Assembly (NCBI GenBank): GCA_021732145.1
Contig: JAKFVN010000006.1
Coordinates: 2,474-66,473, forward strand
Source: Alphaproteobacteria bacterium
Lineage (GTDB): Bacteria > Pseudomonadota > Alphaproteobacteria > UBA9219 > RGZA01
DNA: 64,000 bases
Reading direction: 5' to 3'
Below are positions 1 to 10,359 of this stretch, piece after piece (within the stretch, counting starts at the first letter, position 1; every line of letters begins with the position of its first letter). The notes under the pieces were generated by a model. It worked only from the letters and a program-made list of their open reading frames with translations. It made no database searches and was not told where the DNA came from. Position numbers and translations under genes: made by a program.

Positions 1-108
1 TTCCAGCGGGTGCAATTCGCAGAATTCCGAAATCTGGTCAAAGCTCAACGCGGTATTTTCAACGAGCCAAACGGCAGTTGCCTTGGGCATAAGAAGATTG
101 GTAGCCAT
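1..108 (-). CDS. trcR: DUF1013 family protein (TrcR-like), N-terminal part only; runs off window
   Basis: Manual translation from ATG at 108: MATNLLMPKATAVWLVENTALSFDQISEFCELHPLE, the typical DUF1013 N-terminus (LMPKATAVWLV.NT.L.F.QI..FC.LH.LE). Confidence 0.85.
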   Translation of the reverse strand, partial: MATNLLMPKATAVWLVENTALSFDQISEFCELHPLE

Positions 109-319
109 ATTCAGCCTCACTTTACATAAAAACAAAAAAACTCAACACTCTTCCCCTGCCGGGCGGCTTCTGGGCCATCCGGACGATCCGATAGTGGGGG
201 ACCGATTTAAAGGGGTATTCCTGCTTAACAGGTGCACACATAGTAGCGCAGTGCTCAGGAAAAGCTACCGTTTTTTATGCACCAAACCTTATGGAAAGGC
301 ACTAAATCTTTGATTTATC

Positions 320-1327
320 TTAGAACGTAAGCGCTAATTTGCCGAAATGCTTGCCTGTTTCCATGAGCCGGTGCGCATCCACGACTTCATCCAGCGTAAA
401 GGTTTTGTATAGCTGCGGCTTGACTTTGCCCGCTGCAATCCACGGCCAGACATGCGCTTCGATTTCGCGCGCTAACCGTGTTTTTTCGGCAATACTGCGT
501 TGGCGAAGCATTGAACCTGTCAGCGTTAAATTCTTTGCCATCACATCACGGAAATTGATTGCCGCCAGCGCCCCATGCATGGTTGCGATACTGACATGGC
601 GGCCCCCATACACCATGCATTCCATATTGCGCGGAAGATAATCTGCTCCAATCATATCCAGCACAACATCCACGCCGTGCCCATTGGTGAGTTCCATCAC
701 GGCTTTTTTATAATCCGTGCTTTCATAGCTGATGGCATGGGTTGCGCCCAGATTTTCGCATAATACCGCTTTTTCTTGACTGGCAACGGTCACGATTACC
801 TTTGCGCCCGCTGCAATTCCCATTTGAATGGCATAGGTGCCAATACCGCTGGTTCCGCCATGCACCAAGGCCGTATCGCCTTTTTTCAATTGGCCCGATT
901 CAAATAAATTGGCCCATACGGTGAACACTCCTTCGGGCAATGTGGCCGCTTCCACAATATCCAGATTGGCTGGAACGGGCAGACACTGGCCTTCGGGCAC
1001 GACGGCGTATTCCGCGTAACTTCCACCAGCCACCAGCACGCAAACTTTATCGCCCACTTTGAAACGCGACACACTTGCGCCTACCGCGATAATCTCGCCC
1101 GCGCCTTCCAGGCCCAAAATGCTGGTGATGCCCTGGGGCGGCTTATACTGCCCTTCACGTTGCAGCACATCGGGGCGGTTAATCCCCGAAGCGGCCATTT
1201 TAACGAGCACTTCGCTAGTGGCTGGCGTTGGCACCAGCATTGTTTTAACCTGTAATACTTCCGGCCCGCCAAATGGTTCGGCTATCACTGCGCGCATCAT
1301 TTGGGGTAGTTGGGATGAATTGGACAT
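320..1327 (-). CDS. NAD(P)H-quinone oxidoreductase, PIG3/zeta-crystallin family
   Basis: GINRPDVLQREG.Y.PP, LGLEGAG, HGGTSGIG nucleotide-binding motif, H.GKL C-terminus. Confidence 0.92.
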   Translation of the reverse strand: MSNSSQLPQMMRAVIAEPFGGPEVLQVKTMLVPTPATSEVLVKMAASGINRPDVLQREGQYKPPQGITSILGLEGAGEIIAVGASVSRFKVGDKVCVLVAGGSYAEYAVVPEGQCLPVPANLDIVEAATLPEGVFTVWANLFESGQLKKGDTALVHGGTSGIGTYAIQMGIAAGAKVIVTVASQEKAVLCENLGATHAISYESTDYKKAVMELTNGHGVDVVLDMIGADYLPRNMECMVYGGRHVSIATMHGALAAINFRDVMAKNLTLTGSMLRQRSIAEKTRLAREIEAHVWPWIAAGKVKPQLYKTFTLDEVVDAHRLMETGKHFGKLALTF

Positions 1328-1380
1328 CGGACGAATTCCTCTTTATGGTCTATGCATAACCTACACTTAAAAGATTGGTC

Positions 1381-1902
1381 ATGGCTAAACGAATCAAACC
1401 AACGAAATCCGCATCATCCAAATCACGCCCGTTAGTCGGTATTATCATGGGCAGCCAGTCGGACTGGGCGACCATGAACCACGCCGCAACCTTATTAAAA
1501 GAATTCGGCGTTGCCTGTGAGGTTGCGATTGTTTCCGCGCACCGTACCCCAAAGCGCTTATTTGATTATGCGGGCATGGCATCGGCGCGCGGCCTGAAAG
1601 TCATCATTGCTGGCGCGGGCGGCGCGGCGCATTTGCCCGGTATGGCGGCTGCCATGACCACCCTGCCCGTCTTTGGCGTGCCAGTGGAAAGCAAAATACT
1701 GAAAGGCATCGACAGCTTATTATCTATCGCGCAAATGCCAGCGGGTATTCCCGTTGGCACCCTGGCGATTGGTGAAGCCGGCGCAAAGAACGCAGCGCTG
1801 CTGGCGATTGCCGTCTTGGCATTGGAAGATAAAAAACTGAACAGCAAGCTGGCCCAGTTCCGCGCCATGCAAACCGCAGCGGTGGCAAAGCGGCCAAAAT
1901 AA
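1381..1902 (+). CDS. purE: N5-carboxyaminoimidazole ribonucleotide mutase
   Basis: [36 protein letters not shown]; ATG at 1381 preferred over TTG at 1375. Confidence 0.97.
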   Translation: MAKRIKPTKSASSKSRPLVGIIMGSQSDWATMNHAATLLKEFGVACEVAIVSAHRTPKRLFDYAGMASARGLKVIIAGAGGAAHLPGMAAAMTTLPVFGVPVESKILKGIDSLLSIAQMPAGIPVGTLAIGEAGAKNAALLAIAVLALEDKKLNSKLAQFRAMQTAAVAKRPK

Positions 1903-2684
1903 TGCTTCGGGTCATGCTGTCTTATCTAACCGATTTAGGGTTGTTCTTTTTCGTTGCACAGGCCGTGATTTTTTCGATTGGCGGCGGCGTGCCATTTTAT
2001 GGCGCGATTGTCCTGCTGTTTTTTTCGCTGTTTATCAAAATTGCGCGTGACAATAATTTTTTAGGCAAGCTTGTTGCAATCGCTCCCCGTGCATGTGGAC
2101 GCGAAGCCTTGCAACGCCTGTTTGCGCGTGATAATGCAGCATTATTTATCAACGGCGTTTTTCTGATGACGCTGGGCGTGCTAACCGTTCTGGACATCAT
2201 CTTTAATTTCAATCCTGATATGCTGTTCCAGAAAATCCTGCTCGCTGCAAACGGCTTTGGGTATGGCATGGCGAACATGCGCAAATCGGCAGAGCTGGAC
2301 GGGTTATGGGTCTTGCCAAACAAAACTACGATTGCAGGCAATATCATCGCCAGTCTTTCGCGCCCTGAATGCATCTCCGTTTATTCAACGATACCTGCTT
2401 CCATTCTTGGCAGCGCCATCGGCACATGGATGATTTTGCCATTGCTTATTCCTGCCTTCCTTTTCTGCATCAAAACAGGAATTGAAGAATTCGATAATGT
2501 GTTCCTGTCGCAACCCAAGCGCGTTGTTGCGGCGCGCATGTGCATCGGGCTTTCGAATTGTGTGGTGGGTTCCATCGCATTGCTGGATGGGCGGATGGGT
2601 GCAGGCATTGGCCTGTTCATGTTCTTTATCGGCAATTGCGGGATTGCCTATCGCACATACCAAGTTCAGCAAAAGCAGGCTTAG
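1902..2684 (+). CDS. hypothetical multi-pass membrane protein
   Basis: 260-aa ORF with several hydrophobic segments; start overlaps purE stop (TAATG). Confidence 0.7.
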   Translation: MLRVMLSYLTDLGLFFFVAQAVIFSIGGGVPFYGAIVLLFFSLFIKIARDNNFLGKLVAIAPRACGREALQRLFARDNAALFINGVFLMTLGVLTVLDIIFNFNPDMLFQKILLAANGFGYGMANMRKSAELDGLWVLPNKTTIAGNIIASLSRPECISVYSTIPASILGSAIGTWMILPLLIPAFLFCIKTGIEEFDNVFLSQPKRVVAARMCIGLSNCVVGSIALLDGRMGAGIGLFMFFIGNCGIAYRTYQVQQKQA

Positions 2685-3463
2685 GCAATCGCGTATTTCG
2701 TGCGTCTGTCATCAAAACGCAGTGCATTGCCGCGCATCGGCACTTTTGCCAATTCACCAATGGATTCTGCGATAATTTTTTGGCCAGCTTCAAAATTCTT
2801 GGCCATGACATTCCATCTATCCAGATATGGGCCCGCCATATCGCGGCGCCAGCCATCGCTCATTTGGTAAGCGTTGGATGCCTGGTCTACCACGGCTTCA
2901 ATCAATTCATGCAATGGCAATGTGTTGTCATCAATGCCTGCGGTTTTGGCAACGCGGTCGGTTATTTCTTCGATCAGCGCATTATGGATATAACGGCGTG
3001 GTTGCGCTTCGCCATCAAAGCGCCTGCCACTGATGGATTCTTCAACGCCCGTATAACCAATAGTGTCGCGCAATACCAAAACGCGCTTTAACGCATCTGG
3101 CTTAATTTCAAATCCATTGAACAGCGGTATGGGTCTAAACCGCCCCAAAATAGCAGCAGCGTCGCGGTTATCGGGATTGCCAATCGCATACAAAAAATTG
3201 GCGTAGGTGTTTCCGCCCCTATCCTTGTTTCCAATATGATCTTGGTATGCTTTTTCGGTCATTGCGCGCACCAATAATCCCAATTCCTGAAGATCGGTGT
3301 TATCCTGAACGGCATGGGCAACTTCCATGGGCAAGAACACAGGGTGTTGCTGCCCAGTTGGGCCGGTAATGAATGGGTTCTGCGCAAAGTTACCTGCGCA
3401 AACTAATGTTTGAACCAGTAAATTCGGCCCTAAAAAGCGGCCTATCACAACGTCAGCGCCCAT
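2681..3463 (-). CDS. hypothetical protein
   Basis: 260-aa ORF filling the gap before purK; no recognised motif. Confidence 0.65.
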   Translation of the reverse strand: MGADVVIGRFLGPNLLVQTLVCAGNFAQNPFITGPTGQQHPVFLPMEVAHAVQDNTDLQELGLLVRAMTEKAYQDHIGNKDRGGNTYANFLYAIGNPDNRDAAAILGRFRPIPLFNGFEIKPDALKRVLVLRDTIGYTGVEESISGRRFDGEAQPRRYIHNALIEEITDRVAKTAGIDDNTLPLHELIEAVVDQASNAYQMSDGWRRDMAGPYLDRWNVMAKNFEAGQKIIAESIGELAKVPMRGNALRFDDRRTKYAIA

Positions 3464-3541
3464 TTGATAAATTCCTAAAATATGCTATTTTGCGCGCCCA
3501 ATGTACCAATCGGTAATACTTTCAACAACATAGACTTCGTT

Positions 3542-4603
3542 ATGAAACTTATCCCACCAGGGGCAACCATAGGCATTTTAGGCGGCGGGCAATTGGGCCG
3601 CATGACCGCGCAAGCCGCACAAAGCCTTGGGTACAACGTTCATATTTATGCTGAACACGCTGATGAACCCGCCTGTCAGGTAACATCTTTTAAGACCCTT
3701 GGCGATTTTAACGATGAAACACAGTTAAAAAAATTCGCCGATGCCGTCGATGTGATTACGCTGGAATGGGAAAATGTTCCAGTAAGCACCATTGAATTTT
3801 TGGCAAAGCATAAACCGGTTCATCCCGGCGCAACGGCGTTGAAGATTACGCAGAACCGCGTTGCCGAAAAAAGCTTTGCGATTGAAAATTCGGTTTATGC
3901 CCCTGCCTTTGCTTATGCGGGCACACTTGATGAATTGCGCAATGGCGTAATGAAAATCGGTATTCCCTGCGTTGTTAAAACATGCCGCATGGGTTATGAC
4001 GGCAAAGGCCAAGCCATCATCCGCGATTTAAAGCAAATTGATGCCGCATGGGAAAGCCTGCAAACCGATGAAGCAATTATCGAACGCTTCGTGCCATTTG
4101 AAAAAGAAATCTCCGTCATCATCGCGCGGCGCGAAGATGGCGTGATGCAAGCTTATCCTCCCGTTGAAAATCGCCACAAGGATGGCATCTTGGATGAAAC
4201 CCAAGCACCCGCGATGCTTTCCACACAGATTGAAGAAATGGCGCTGAAATCTGCCAAGGCGTTGGCCGAAAAACTTGGCGTGATTGGTTTGCTCACGGTT
4301 GAATTCTTCGTGATTGATAACATGGTGGTCATGAATGAAATGGCCCCGCGCCCGCATAATTCCGGCCATTGGACGATGGATTATTGCGCAACATCACAGT
4401 TTGAACAGCTTATCCGCGCTATTTGTGGCCTGCCACTGGGCAGCACCGCCATTACCGCGCCATGCATGATGAAAAATCTGATTGGGGATGATGCCAATGA
4501 TTGGCAGAAATACCTGAACGAACCCAATGTTCATCTGCATTTATACGGCAAAGCCGAAGCGCGTAAAGGCCGCAAAATGGGTCACGTAAATAAGAAAGTC
4601 TAA
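3542..4603 (+). CDS. purK: N5-carboxyaminoimidazole ribonucleotide synthase
   Basis: IGILGGGQLGRM, GYDGKGQ, NEMAPRPHNSGHWT, LYGK..R.GRKMGH; start moved to MKLIPPG at 3542. Confidence 0.97.
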   Translation: MKLIPPGATIGILGGGQLGRMTAQAAQSLGYNVHIYAEHADEPACQVTSFKTLGDFNDETQLKKFADAVDVITLEWENVPVSTIEFLAKHKPVHPGATALKITQNRVAEKSFAIENSVYAPAFAYAGTLDELRNGVMKIGIPCVVKTCRMGYDGKGQAIIRDLKQIDAAWESLQTDEAIIERFVPFEKEISVIIARREDGVMQAYPPVENRHKDGILDETQAPAMLSTQIEEMALKSAKALAEKLGVIGLLTVEFFVIDNMVVMNEMAPRPHNSGHWTMDYCATSQFEQLIRAICGLPLGSTAITAPCMMKNLIGDDANDWQKYLNEPNVHLHLYGKAEARKGRKMGHVNKKV

Positions 4604-5817
4604 AATCTATCCGGTCTATATGGCGCATCGCTGGTGAACAGCGCCTCGCCTGTCATCATCTGCGCCAGCAACTTGCCTGTAGCTGGGCCAATGGTGAAAC
4701 CGGAATGGCCATGACCAATATTGAACCACAAGCCGTCATGATGCTGCGCGCGGCCAACAATCGGCAAGCTATCGGTTGTGCATGGGCGGCAACCCAGCCA
4801 TGCTTCGGCTTCACTCGGCTCGCCAATGTCCAGTAACTCACGCGCATGCGGCAATACACGTGAAATCTGCACAGGATTTTTTGGTGCATTCTGTGCGGCG
4901 AATTCCGCGCCTGTGGTGATGCGAATGCCTTTGGTGCAACCACCCATCACATACCCAATATCCGCATCCACAATTGCGTGGTTCATGGCCGCGCCTTTGA
5001 AATGCTGGTGATAGCCACGTTTCAGGCCAATCGGGAAGTTATAGCCCATCGGTTTTAAAAGGTTTGACGCCCATGGGCCAAGCGCAACAACGACATCCTT
5101 TGCCTGCGCGCCAGCCACTTCCCATTTGCCACCACTTTGCGTCAGTGTAGCTGCATCGCCTTTGATAAACGTGCCACCAGCTGCAATAAATCCTTGTGCA
5201 TATCCTGCCACAACCGCGCCGGGGTCAGTCACGCGCGCGGAGCTGCTCAGCTTCAGCGCCTTATAAAAAATCGGTTTGATGTTGGGTTCGATTTTCGCGA
5301 ACTCACTTGGGTCTAATACTTCAAACGGCACGCCAAGCTTGGTCAGTGTTTCGCGCTCAAACGCATCACCATCGAATGATGCTTTGCTGCGGTGAATTTT
5401 TACGCGGCCCGTTTTACAAAAATACTTCTCGGCATCATTACCCTTCATTAGGGCCTGATGTTCTGCAACCGCGTCCTGCACCAATGGGCGCATGAAAACC
5501 CCGTTTTTACTGCGGTTTTCAGCATTGGATTGAATATAAAAATCCAACAGCCATTTCAGCATGCGCGGCAGGAATACCAAATCCACGCGGGCGGATGCGT
5601 CCTTATCCAGCAAAATATCTTTAAATCGGCGCGGTGCGGGAAAACCAAATGGCAACACGAAGGATGCTTCGATGATGCCCGCATTGCCATACGAAGTTTC
5701 TTGCCCAGGGTCACGTACATCAACCAGTGCAACATTCTTACCGCGTTGCTGTAAATGCCGCGCGGTAGAAACGCCTGCGATGCCGCCACCCAAAACAATA
5801 ACGTCAAAGCTTTGCAT
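4600..5817 (-). CDS. FAD-dependent oxidoreductase, D-amino acid dehydrogenase (DadA-like) family
   Basis: GGGIAG, ETSYGNAG, KRGYH, W.G.RP...D.LP.VG, GHGH.G.T.GP.TG. Confidence 0.9.
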   Translation of the reverse strand: MQSFDVIVLGGGIAGVSTARHLQQRGKNVALVDVRDPGQETSYGNAGIIEASFVLPFGFPAPRRFKDILLDKDASARVDLVFLPRMLKWLLDFYIQSNAENRSKNGVFMRPLVQDAVAEHQALMKGNDAEKYFCKTGRVKIHRSKASFDGDAFERETLTKLGVPFEVLDPSEFAKIEPNIKPIFYKALKLSSSARVTDPGAVVAGYAQGFIAAGGTFIKGDAATLTQSGGKWEVAGAQAKDVVVALGPWASNLLKPMGYNFPIGLKRGYHQHFKGAAMNHAIVDADIGYVMGGCTKGIRITTGAEFAAQNAPKNPVQISRVLPHARELLDIGEPSEAEAWLGCRPCTTDSLPIVGRAQHHDGLWFNIGHGHSGFTIGPATGKLLAQMMTGEALFTSDAPYRPDRF

Positions 5818-5822
5818 ACAAC

Positions 5823-7412
5823 TTATTTGGAATTGGTTGCGGTAATCAGCGTCATGTCGTCTGGCGCTTTTTTCTCGCGCTTCGTCATCAGCTTCGTTAA
5901 ACCATGAATATAAGCGCGCGCGGATGCAACCAGCGTATCGGGGTCTGCCCCCTGCCCGTTTACCGTGCGGCCATTTTCCTCAAGTCTGACGGTCACTTCC
6001 GCTTGCGCATCCGTGCCTTGCGTGACGGCATGAACCTGATACAGCAAGAGCGAAGCTTCATGCGGAATAATCTGTTTAATCGCATTAAACGTCGCATCCA
6101 CAGGGCCGTTTCCGGTCGCGGTTACCTTGTGAACTTTTCCATCAAATTCCAATTCCAGCTCCGCGCGTTGCGGGCCTTTTGAACCGGCATAGATTTCAAG
6201 GTTCAGGAATTTAATGCGCGCCAATGCATTTGCCACTTCATCATCCACCAAGGCGATGATGTCATCATCAAACACATCGCGTTTTTTATCGGCCAAATCC
6301 TTGAAGCGTTTAAATGCATCTTCGAGTGCATTGTCGCCGAGTTCATAACCAAGCTCTTTCAACTTGGAGCGGAACGCATTGCGGCCCGACAATTTGCCAA
6401 GCTTTAATGACGATTTGGTCAAACCAACCGAAGCTGGCGTCATAATTTCATAGGTCTCACGGTTTTTAAGCATACCGTCTTGGTGCACTCCGCTTTCATG
6501 GGCAAACGCATTCGCGCCCACAATCGCCTTGTTCGGCTGTACAGGAAAACCTGTAATGCTAGACACCAAACGCGATGCTCTTGTGATGACCTCGGTATTA
6601 ATCCCTGTGGTGAATGGCATGCGGTCGCCGCGCACCTTCAATGCCATCGCGATTTCTTCCAAAGCTGCGTTACCTGCGCGTTCACCCAACCCATTCACGG
6701 TGCATTCCACCTGACGTGCGCCGTTGATAACACCGGAGAGCGAGTTTGCAACCGCCAAGCCCAAATCATTATGGCAGTGAACGGAGAAAATCGCCTGATC
6801 CGAATTCGGCACGCGGTTGATAAGGTTCTTGAACATCGCACCATATTCATCGGGCGTGGTATAGCCAACGGTGTCCGGAATATTAATCGTGCTTGCGCCA
6901 GCTTTAATCGCGGCTTCCACGCAGCGGCAGAGGAAATCAGGATCGGAACGTGAGCCATCTTCCGCGCTCCATTCCACATCATCGGTCAAATTGCGTGCAA
7001 AGCTCACGGCATCAATCACCGCTTGCAATACTTGCTCCGGCTCCTTCTGCAATTTGTACTTCATGTGCAATGGCGAGGTTGACAAGAACACATGGATACG
7101 TTTGCGCGCAGCCGGCTTTAATGCTTCGGCGGCGCGTTCAATATCGGTCTTGGCGGCACGGGCCAACCCGCAAATAGTCGAATTTTTGATAAGCTTGGCC
7201 ACTTCATTCACGGCCTGGAAATCGCCCGCTGAAGACACAGGGAAGCCCGCCTCGATGACATCCACGCCAAGCTCCTCAAGGACTGCCGCGATGCGCAGTT
7301 TTTCTTCAAGATTCATCGCCGCGCCGGGGGATTGTTCCCCGTCACGGAGTGTGGTGTCAAAAATGATGACACGGTTCTTGTCGTTTACTGCGTTCGTCGT
7401 AGGCTTAGCCAT
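5823..7412 (-). CDS. leuA: 2-isopropylmalate synthase
   Basis: FDTTLRDGEQSPG, HCHNDLGLAVAN, GERAGNA, HESGVHQDG, C-terminal regulatory domain GNGPVDA. Confidence 0.97.
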   Translation of the reverse strand: MAKPTTNAVNDKNRVIIFDTTLRDGEQSPGAAMNLEEKLRIAAVLEELGVDVIEAGFPVSSAGDFQAVNEVAKLIKNSTICGLARAAKTDIERAAEALKPAARKRIHVFLSTSPLHMKYKLQKEPEQVLQAVIDAVSFARNLTDDVEWSAEDGSRSDPDFLCRCVEAAIKAGASTINIPDTVGYTTPDEYGAMFKNLINRVPNSDQAIFSVHCHNDLGLAVANSLSGVINGARQVECTVNGLGERAGNAALEEIAMALKVRGDRMPFTTGINTEVITRASRLVSSITGFPVQPNKAIVGANAFAHESGVHQDGMLKNRETYEIMTPASVGLTKSSLKLGKLSGRNAFRSKLKELGYELGDNALEDAFKRFKDLADKKRDVFDDDIIALVDDEVANALARIKFLNLEIYAGSKGPQRAELELEFDGKVHKVTATGNGPVDATFNAIKQIIPHEASLLLYQVHAVTQGTDAQAEVTVRLEENGRTVNGQGADPDTLVASARAYIHGLTKLMTKREKKAPDDMTLITATNSK

Positions 7413-7540
7413 TATTTTAGTCCTTTTTTTCTAACCCAATTAGTGCAGAATAGACCTCGTGCTGTCCAGCATTTCATTTTGTTTTCAAGCGGTTTCCATT
7501 CATTTTGTTGCCTAAATAAGGCGTTTCAAGGCCCAGACAG

Positions 7541-8470
7541 ATGAAATTTTCTGTAATAGTTGTGAATGAAGGCGATGGAGGGATGCTTTCCCGCTGCCTT
7601 GCCAGCGTTGCGCAGCAAACCCAGCGCGATATTGAAGTGCTGGTGGTTGGCATAAAAACCCCGCTTCCGGATGAACGTTTCCGCAGCATTGAAATCGGTA
7701 CATCGAACCTGATTGCTGCAAAAAATCTGGCAGCCAAGCAGGCGAACGGCGAATGGTTATTATTCATCAATGAAACATCGGTGCTGGAAGAAGAGTGCCT
7801 TGCGCGGCTTTATGCCGCCAGCTTGCGTTTTCCCGATTGCGCAATGTTTGCTGCAACCCAGCTTGATAACGCAGCGCCGGAAATGCTGGCGGCGGCCGGT
7901 AAATCATACTTCTTTTCCGGCTTTCCATTTTGCGGCGGCAAAGATTGGCCGATGGATATTTTGCCCGATGAAGGCGAATGTTTTGGCGCAAACAACGCCG
8001 CGATTTTTATTCAAAAAAATGTATTCGAACAGCTTGGTGGATTTGATGCGGAGTTTGAAACATTCTGCGAAGATACGGATTTGGCGTTTCGCCTGCGCCT
8101 GCTTGGGCATCATGCCATGCTGGCCAGCGAAGCGGTGTTGTTCGTCACCGACCATCCGCATAAAGAAGCGTATTTTTATGAAAGCCGCAACATCGCCTGG
8201 ACGTTCGTCAAGAATATGCCGGATGCGCTGTTCTACCCGCTCATTCCGCTGCACATCCTTGCCCATGTCTTTCTGCTGTGCGACCTGCTGCATGTTAATG
8301 CGCGGCTTGCTGGCTTGATTGATGCATTCAAGCACCCCAAAAAGCTCTGGCAGAAACGCAAAGCGGTTCAAGCGACGCGCAAGGCGGGCATCATGCGCAT
8401 TGCCAATGCCCTTACATGGAATTTAAGCACCGTCTTTTGGCGCAAGCCTGATGTCAGAAAGAAAAAATAG
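7541..8470 (+). CDS. glycosyltransferase family 2 protein (divergent)
   Basis: FSVIVVN, N.AA..A.GEWLLF.N, GGFD..F..FCEDTDL.FRLRL.G. Confidence 0.8.
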   Translation: MKFSVIVVNEGDGGMLSRCLASVAQQTQRDIEVLVVGIKTPLPDERFRSIEIGTSNLIAAKNLAAKQANGEWLLFINETSVLEEECLARLYAASLRFPDCAMFAATQLDNAAPEMLAAAGKSYFFSGFPFCGGKDWPMDILPDEGECFGANNAAIFIQKNVFEQLGGFDAEFETFCEDTDLAFRLRLLGHHAMLASEAVLFVTDHPHKEAYFYESRNIAWTFVKNMPDALFYPLIPLHILAHVFLLCDLLHVNARLAGLIDAFKHPKKLWQKRKAVQATRKAGIMRIANALTWNLSTVFWRKPDVRKKK

Positions 8471-8472
8471 CG

Positions 8473-8502
8473 GCCAATCTATCTGCTGCCAATCTATCTG
8501 CT
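8473..8502. repeat. 15-bp tandem duplication
   Basis: GCCAATCTATCTGCT x2 immediately after the GT2 stop. Confidence 0.85.
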
Positions 8503-8579
8503 GGGTGAGCTGACACAGCTAATAATTCCGGATAGGCGAATTGAGCAGGCCCCAAAAGAATAGCGCGTCAGAATAAGAA

Positions 8580-8894
8580 TTATTTTTCTTCTTCTTTATC
8601 GTCGTCATCTGCCTCAACTTCAACGTCGTCGCCGCCAAGGTCATCGGTGTTTTCCAACACTTCATCGCTCTCGGTCTCCTCGACTTCTTCTTCGGTATCC
8701 ACCACTACTTCTTCAACGGTTTCAACCTTCTTCACTTTTTCTTCCGGCATGGCGCGGCGGCGTGACTTCAACAGCGCTTCAGGGTCAAACACCGTATTGC
8801 AGCTTGGGCATTCGGGTGCCTTCTTCTTGAAATCGTAATATTTAGCGCCGCAGGAATGGCAGGTGCGCTTAATGCCCCAATCCGGATTGACCAC
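8580..8894 (-). CDS. TIGR02300 / FYDLN_acid family protein
   Basis: WGIKRTCHSCGAKYYDF...CPSC zinc ribbon plus acidic tail; GTG at 8894 preceded by GGGAG. Confidence 0.88.
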   Translation of the reverse strand: MVNPDWGIKRTCHSCGAKYYDFKKKAPECPSCNTVFDPEALLKSRRRAMPEEKVKKVETVEEVVVDTEEEVEETESDEVLENTDDLGGDDVEVEADDDDKEEEK

Positions 8895-9027
8895 GTTGTA
8901 ACTCCCTAGAATGACTATTGGAATCTTGTATATTGTGAAAAACAGAGCCGCTGACTTGCCATAGGTGAGGTTTGCTGTCAAAACTATTTTGAAAACACCC
9001 TAACTACCTTGTTTTAAAGAACTTTTC

Positions 9028-10359
9028 ATGTCGCACGCATCCCAGCCCCTAAGCAGTCATAAAGCCAATTCCATAAAGGGTGAACTGGCCGTTCCGGGCG
9101 ATAAATCCATCTCCCACCGCGCGCTGATGCTGGGCGGCATGGCCATTGGCAAAACCACCATCCGCGGCCTATTGGAAGGCGAAGATGTTTTGAACACAGC
9201 CAAAGCACTGTCCCAAATGGGTGTGCAATCCGGCACAAATGCCGATGGCTCATGGTGGGTGCAGGGTGTTGGCGTCGGCGGTTTATTGGAACCCGATAAT
9301 GTTTTGGATTTGGGAAATTCAGGAACCTCCACCCGCTTGCTGATGGGTTTGGTGGGCAGCTATGGCTTTACCACTTTTTTTACAGGCGATGATAGCTTGC
9401 GCAAACGCCCGATGGCGCGCGTCACTATTCCACTTCAACAAATGGGTGTTGGGTTCCATGGCCGCTCTGCTGGGCGTTTGCCACTCGCAGTAATCGGCAC
9501 GTCATCTCCCATTCCGATTACCTATTCATTGCCCGTTGCATCGGCGCAGGTGAAATCGGCTGTATTGCTGTGCGGCCTGAACACCGCTGGCATTACGACG
9601 GTTATTGAACCAACGCCAACGCGTGATCACACCGAAACCATGCTGGAACATTTTGGCGCGAAGATTACCTACGCCAAAAATAAGGAGGGCAAAAACGTCA
9701 TCCATCTGCATGGCCAACCTGAATTGGTTGCAAAGGATATTGATGTTCCTGCCGACCCATCATCGGCCGCCTTCCCTGTTGCGGCGGCGCTGATTACCCC
9801 TGGTTCAAACCTGCTTGTTAAAAATGTCTGCATTAATCCGCTGCGCGCTGGGTTCTATGACACCGTGCGCGAAATGGGCGGCGATGTGGTTTATGAAAAC
9901 GAACGCATGCAGGCGGGCGAAAAAGTTGCAGATATCCGTGTGAAGCATTCCGCGCTGAAAGGCGTGCATGTGCCAGCTTCCCGCGCCGCATCGATGATTG
10001 ATGAATATCCCGTATTATCGGTACTGGCTGCATTTGCCAGCGGCACCACGACGATGGATGGTCTGTCGGAATTGCGCGTGAAGGAAAGCGACCGCTTGGC
10101 GATGATTGCATCTGGCCTGTCGGCTTGCAGCGTGGAACACGAGATTAAGGGTGAAACATTGATTGTGAATGGCAATGGCCAAGCACCAAAAGGCGGCGCG
10201 AATATCGCCACCGCGATGGACCACCGCATTGCCATGAGCTTTCTGGTGATGGGTTTGGCATCTGAACAACCCGTAAACATCGATGATGGCAGCTTCATTA
10301 ACACCAGTTTCCCGAATTTCGTTGGCCTGATGAACAACCTTGGAGCAAGCATCCGATGA
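9028..10359 (+). CDS. aroA: 3-phosphoshikimate 1-carboxyvinyltransferase
   Basis: PGDKSISHR, GNSGT, ASAQVKSA, RDHTE, ELRVKESDR, DHRIAM. Confidence 0.98.
   Translation: MSHASQPLSSHKANSIKGELAVPGDKSISHRALMLGGMAIGKTTIRGLLEGEDVLNTAKALSQMGVQSGTNADGSWWVQGVGVGGLLEPDNVLDLGNSGTSTRLLMGLVGSYGFTTFFTGDDSLRKRPMARVTIPLQQMGVGFHGRSAGRLPLAVIGTSSPIPITYSLPVASAQVKSAVLLCGLNTAGITTVIEPTPTRDHTETMLEHFGAKITYAKNKEGKNVIHLHGQPELVAKDIDVPADPSSAAFPVAAALITPGSNLLVKNVCINPLRAGFYDTVREMGGDVVYENERMQAGEKVADIRVKHSALKGVHVPASRAASMIDEYPVLSVLAAFASGTTTMDGLSELRVKESDRLAMIASGLSACSVEHEIKGETLIVNGNGQAPKGGANIATAMDHRIAMSFLVMGLASEQPVNIDDGSFINTSFPNFVGLMNNLGASIR

Noticed and set aside
7413-7540. Leucine attenuator upstream of leuA
   Set aside because: No Leu-rich leader peptide or terminator seen; only a short AACAAAATGAA direct repeat
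8503-8579. tRNA or riboswitch downstream of the TIGR02300 gene
   Set aside because: No cloverleaf, T-loop or recognisable riboswitch core on either strand
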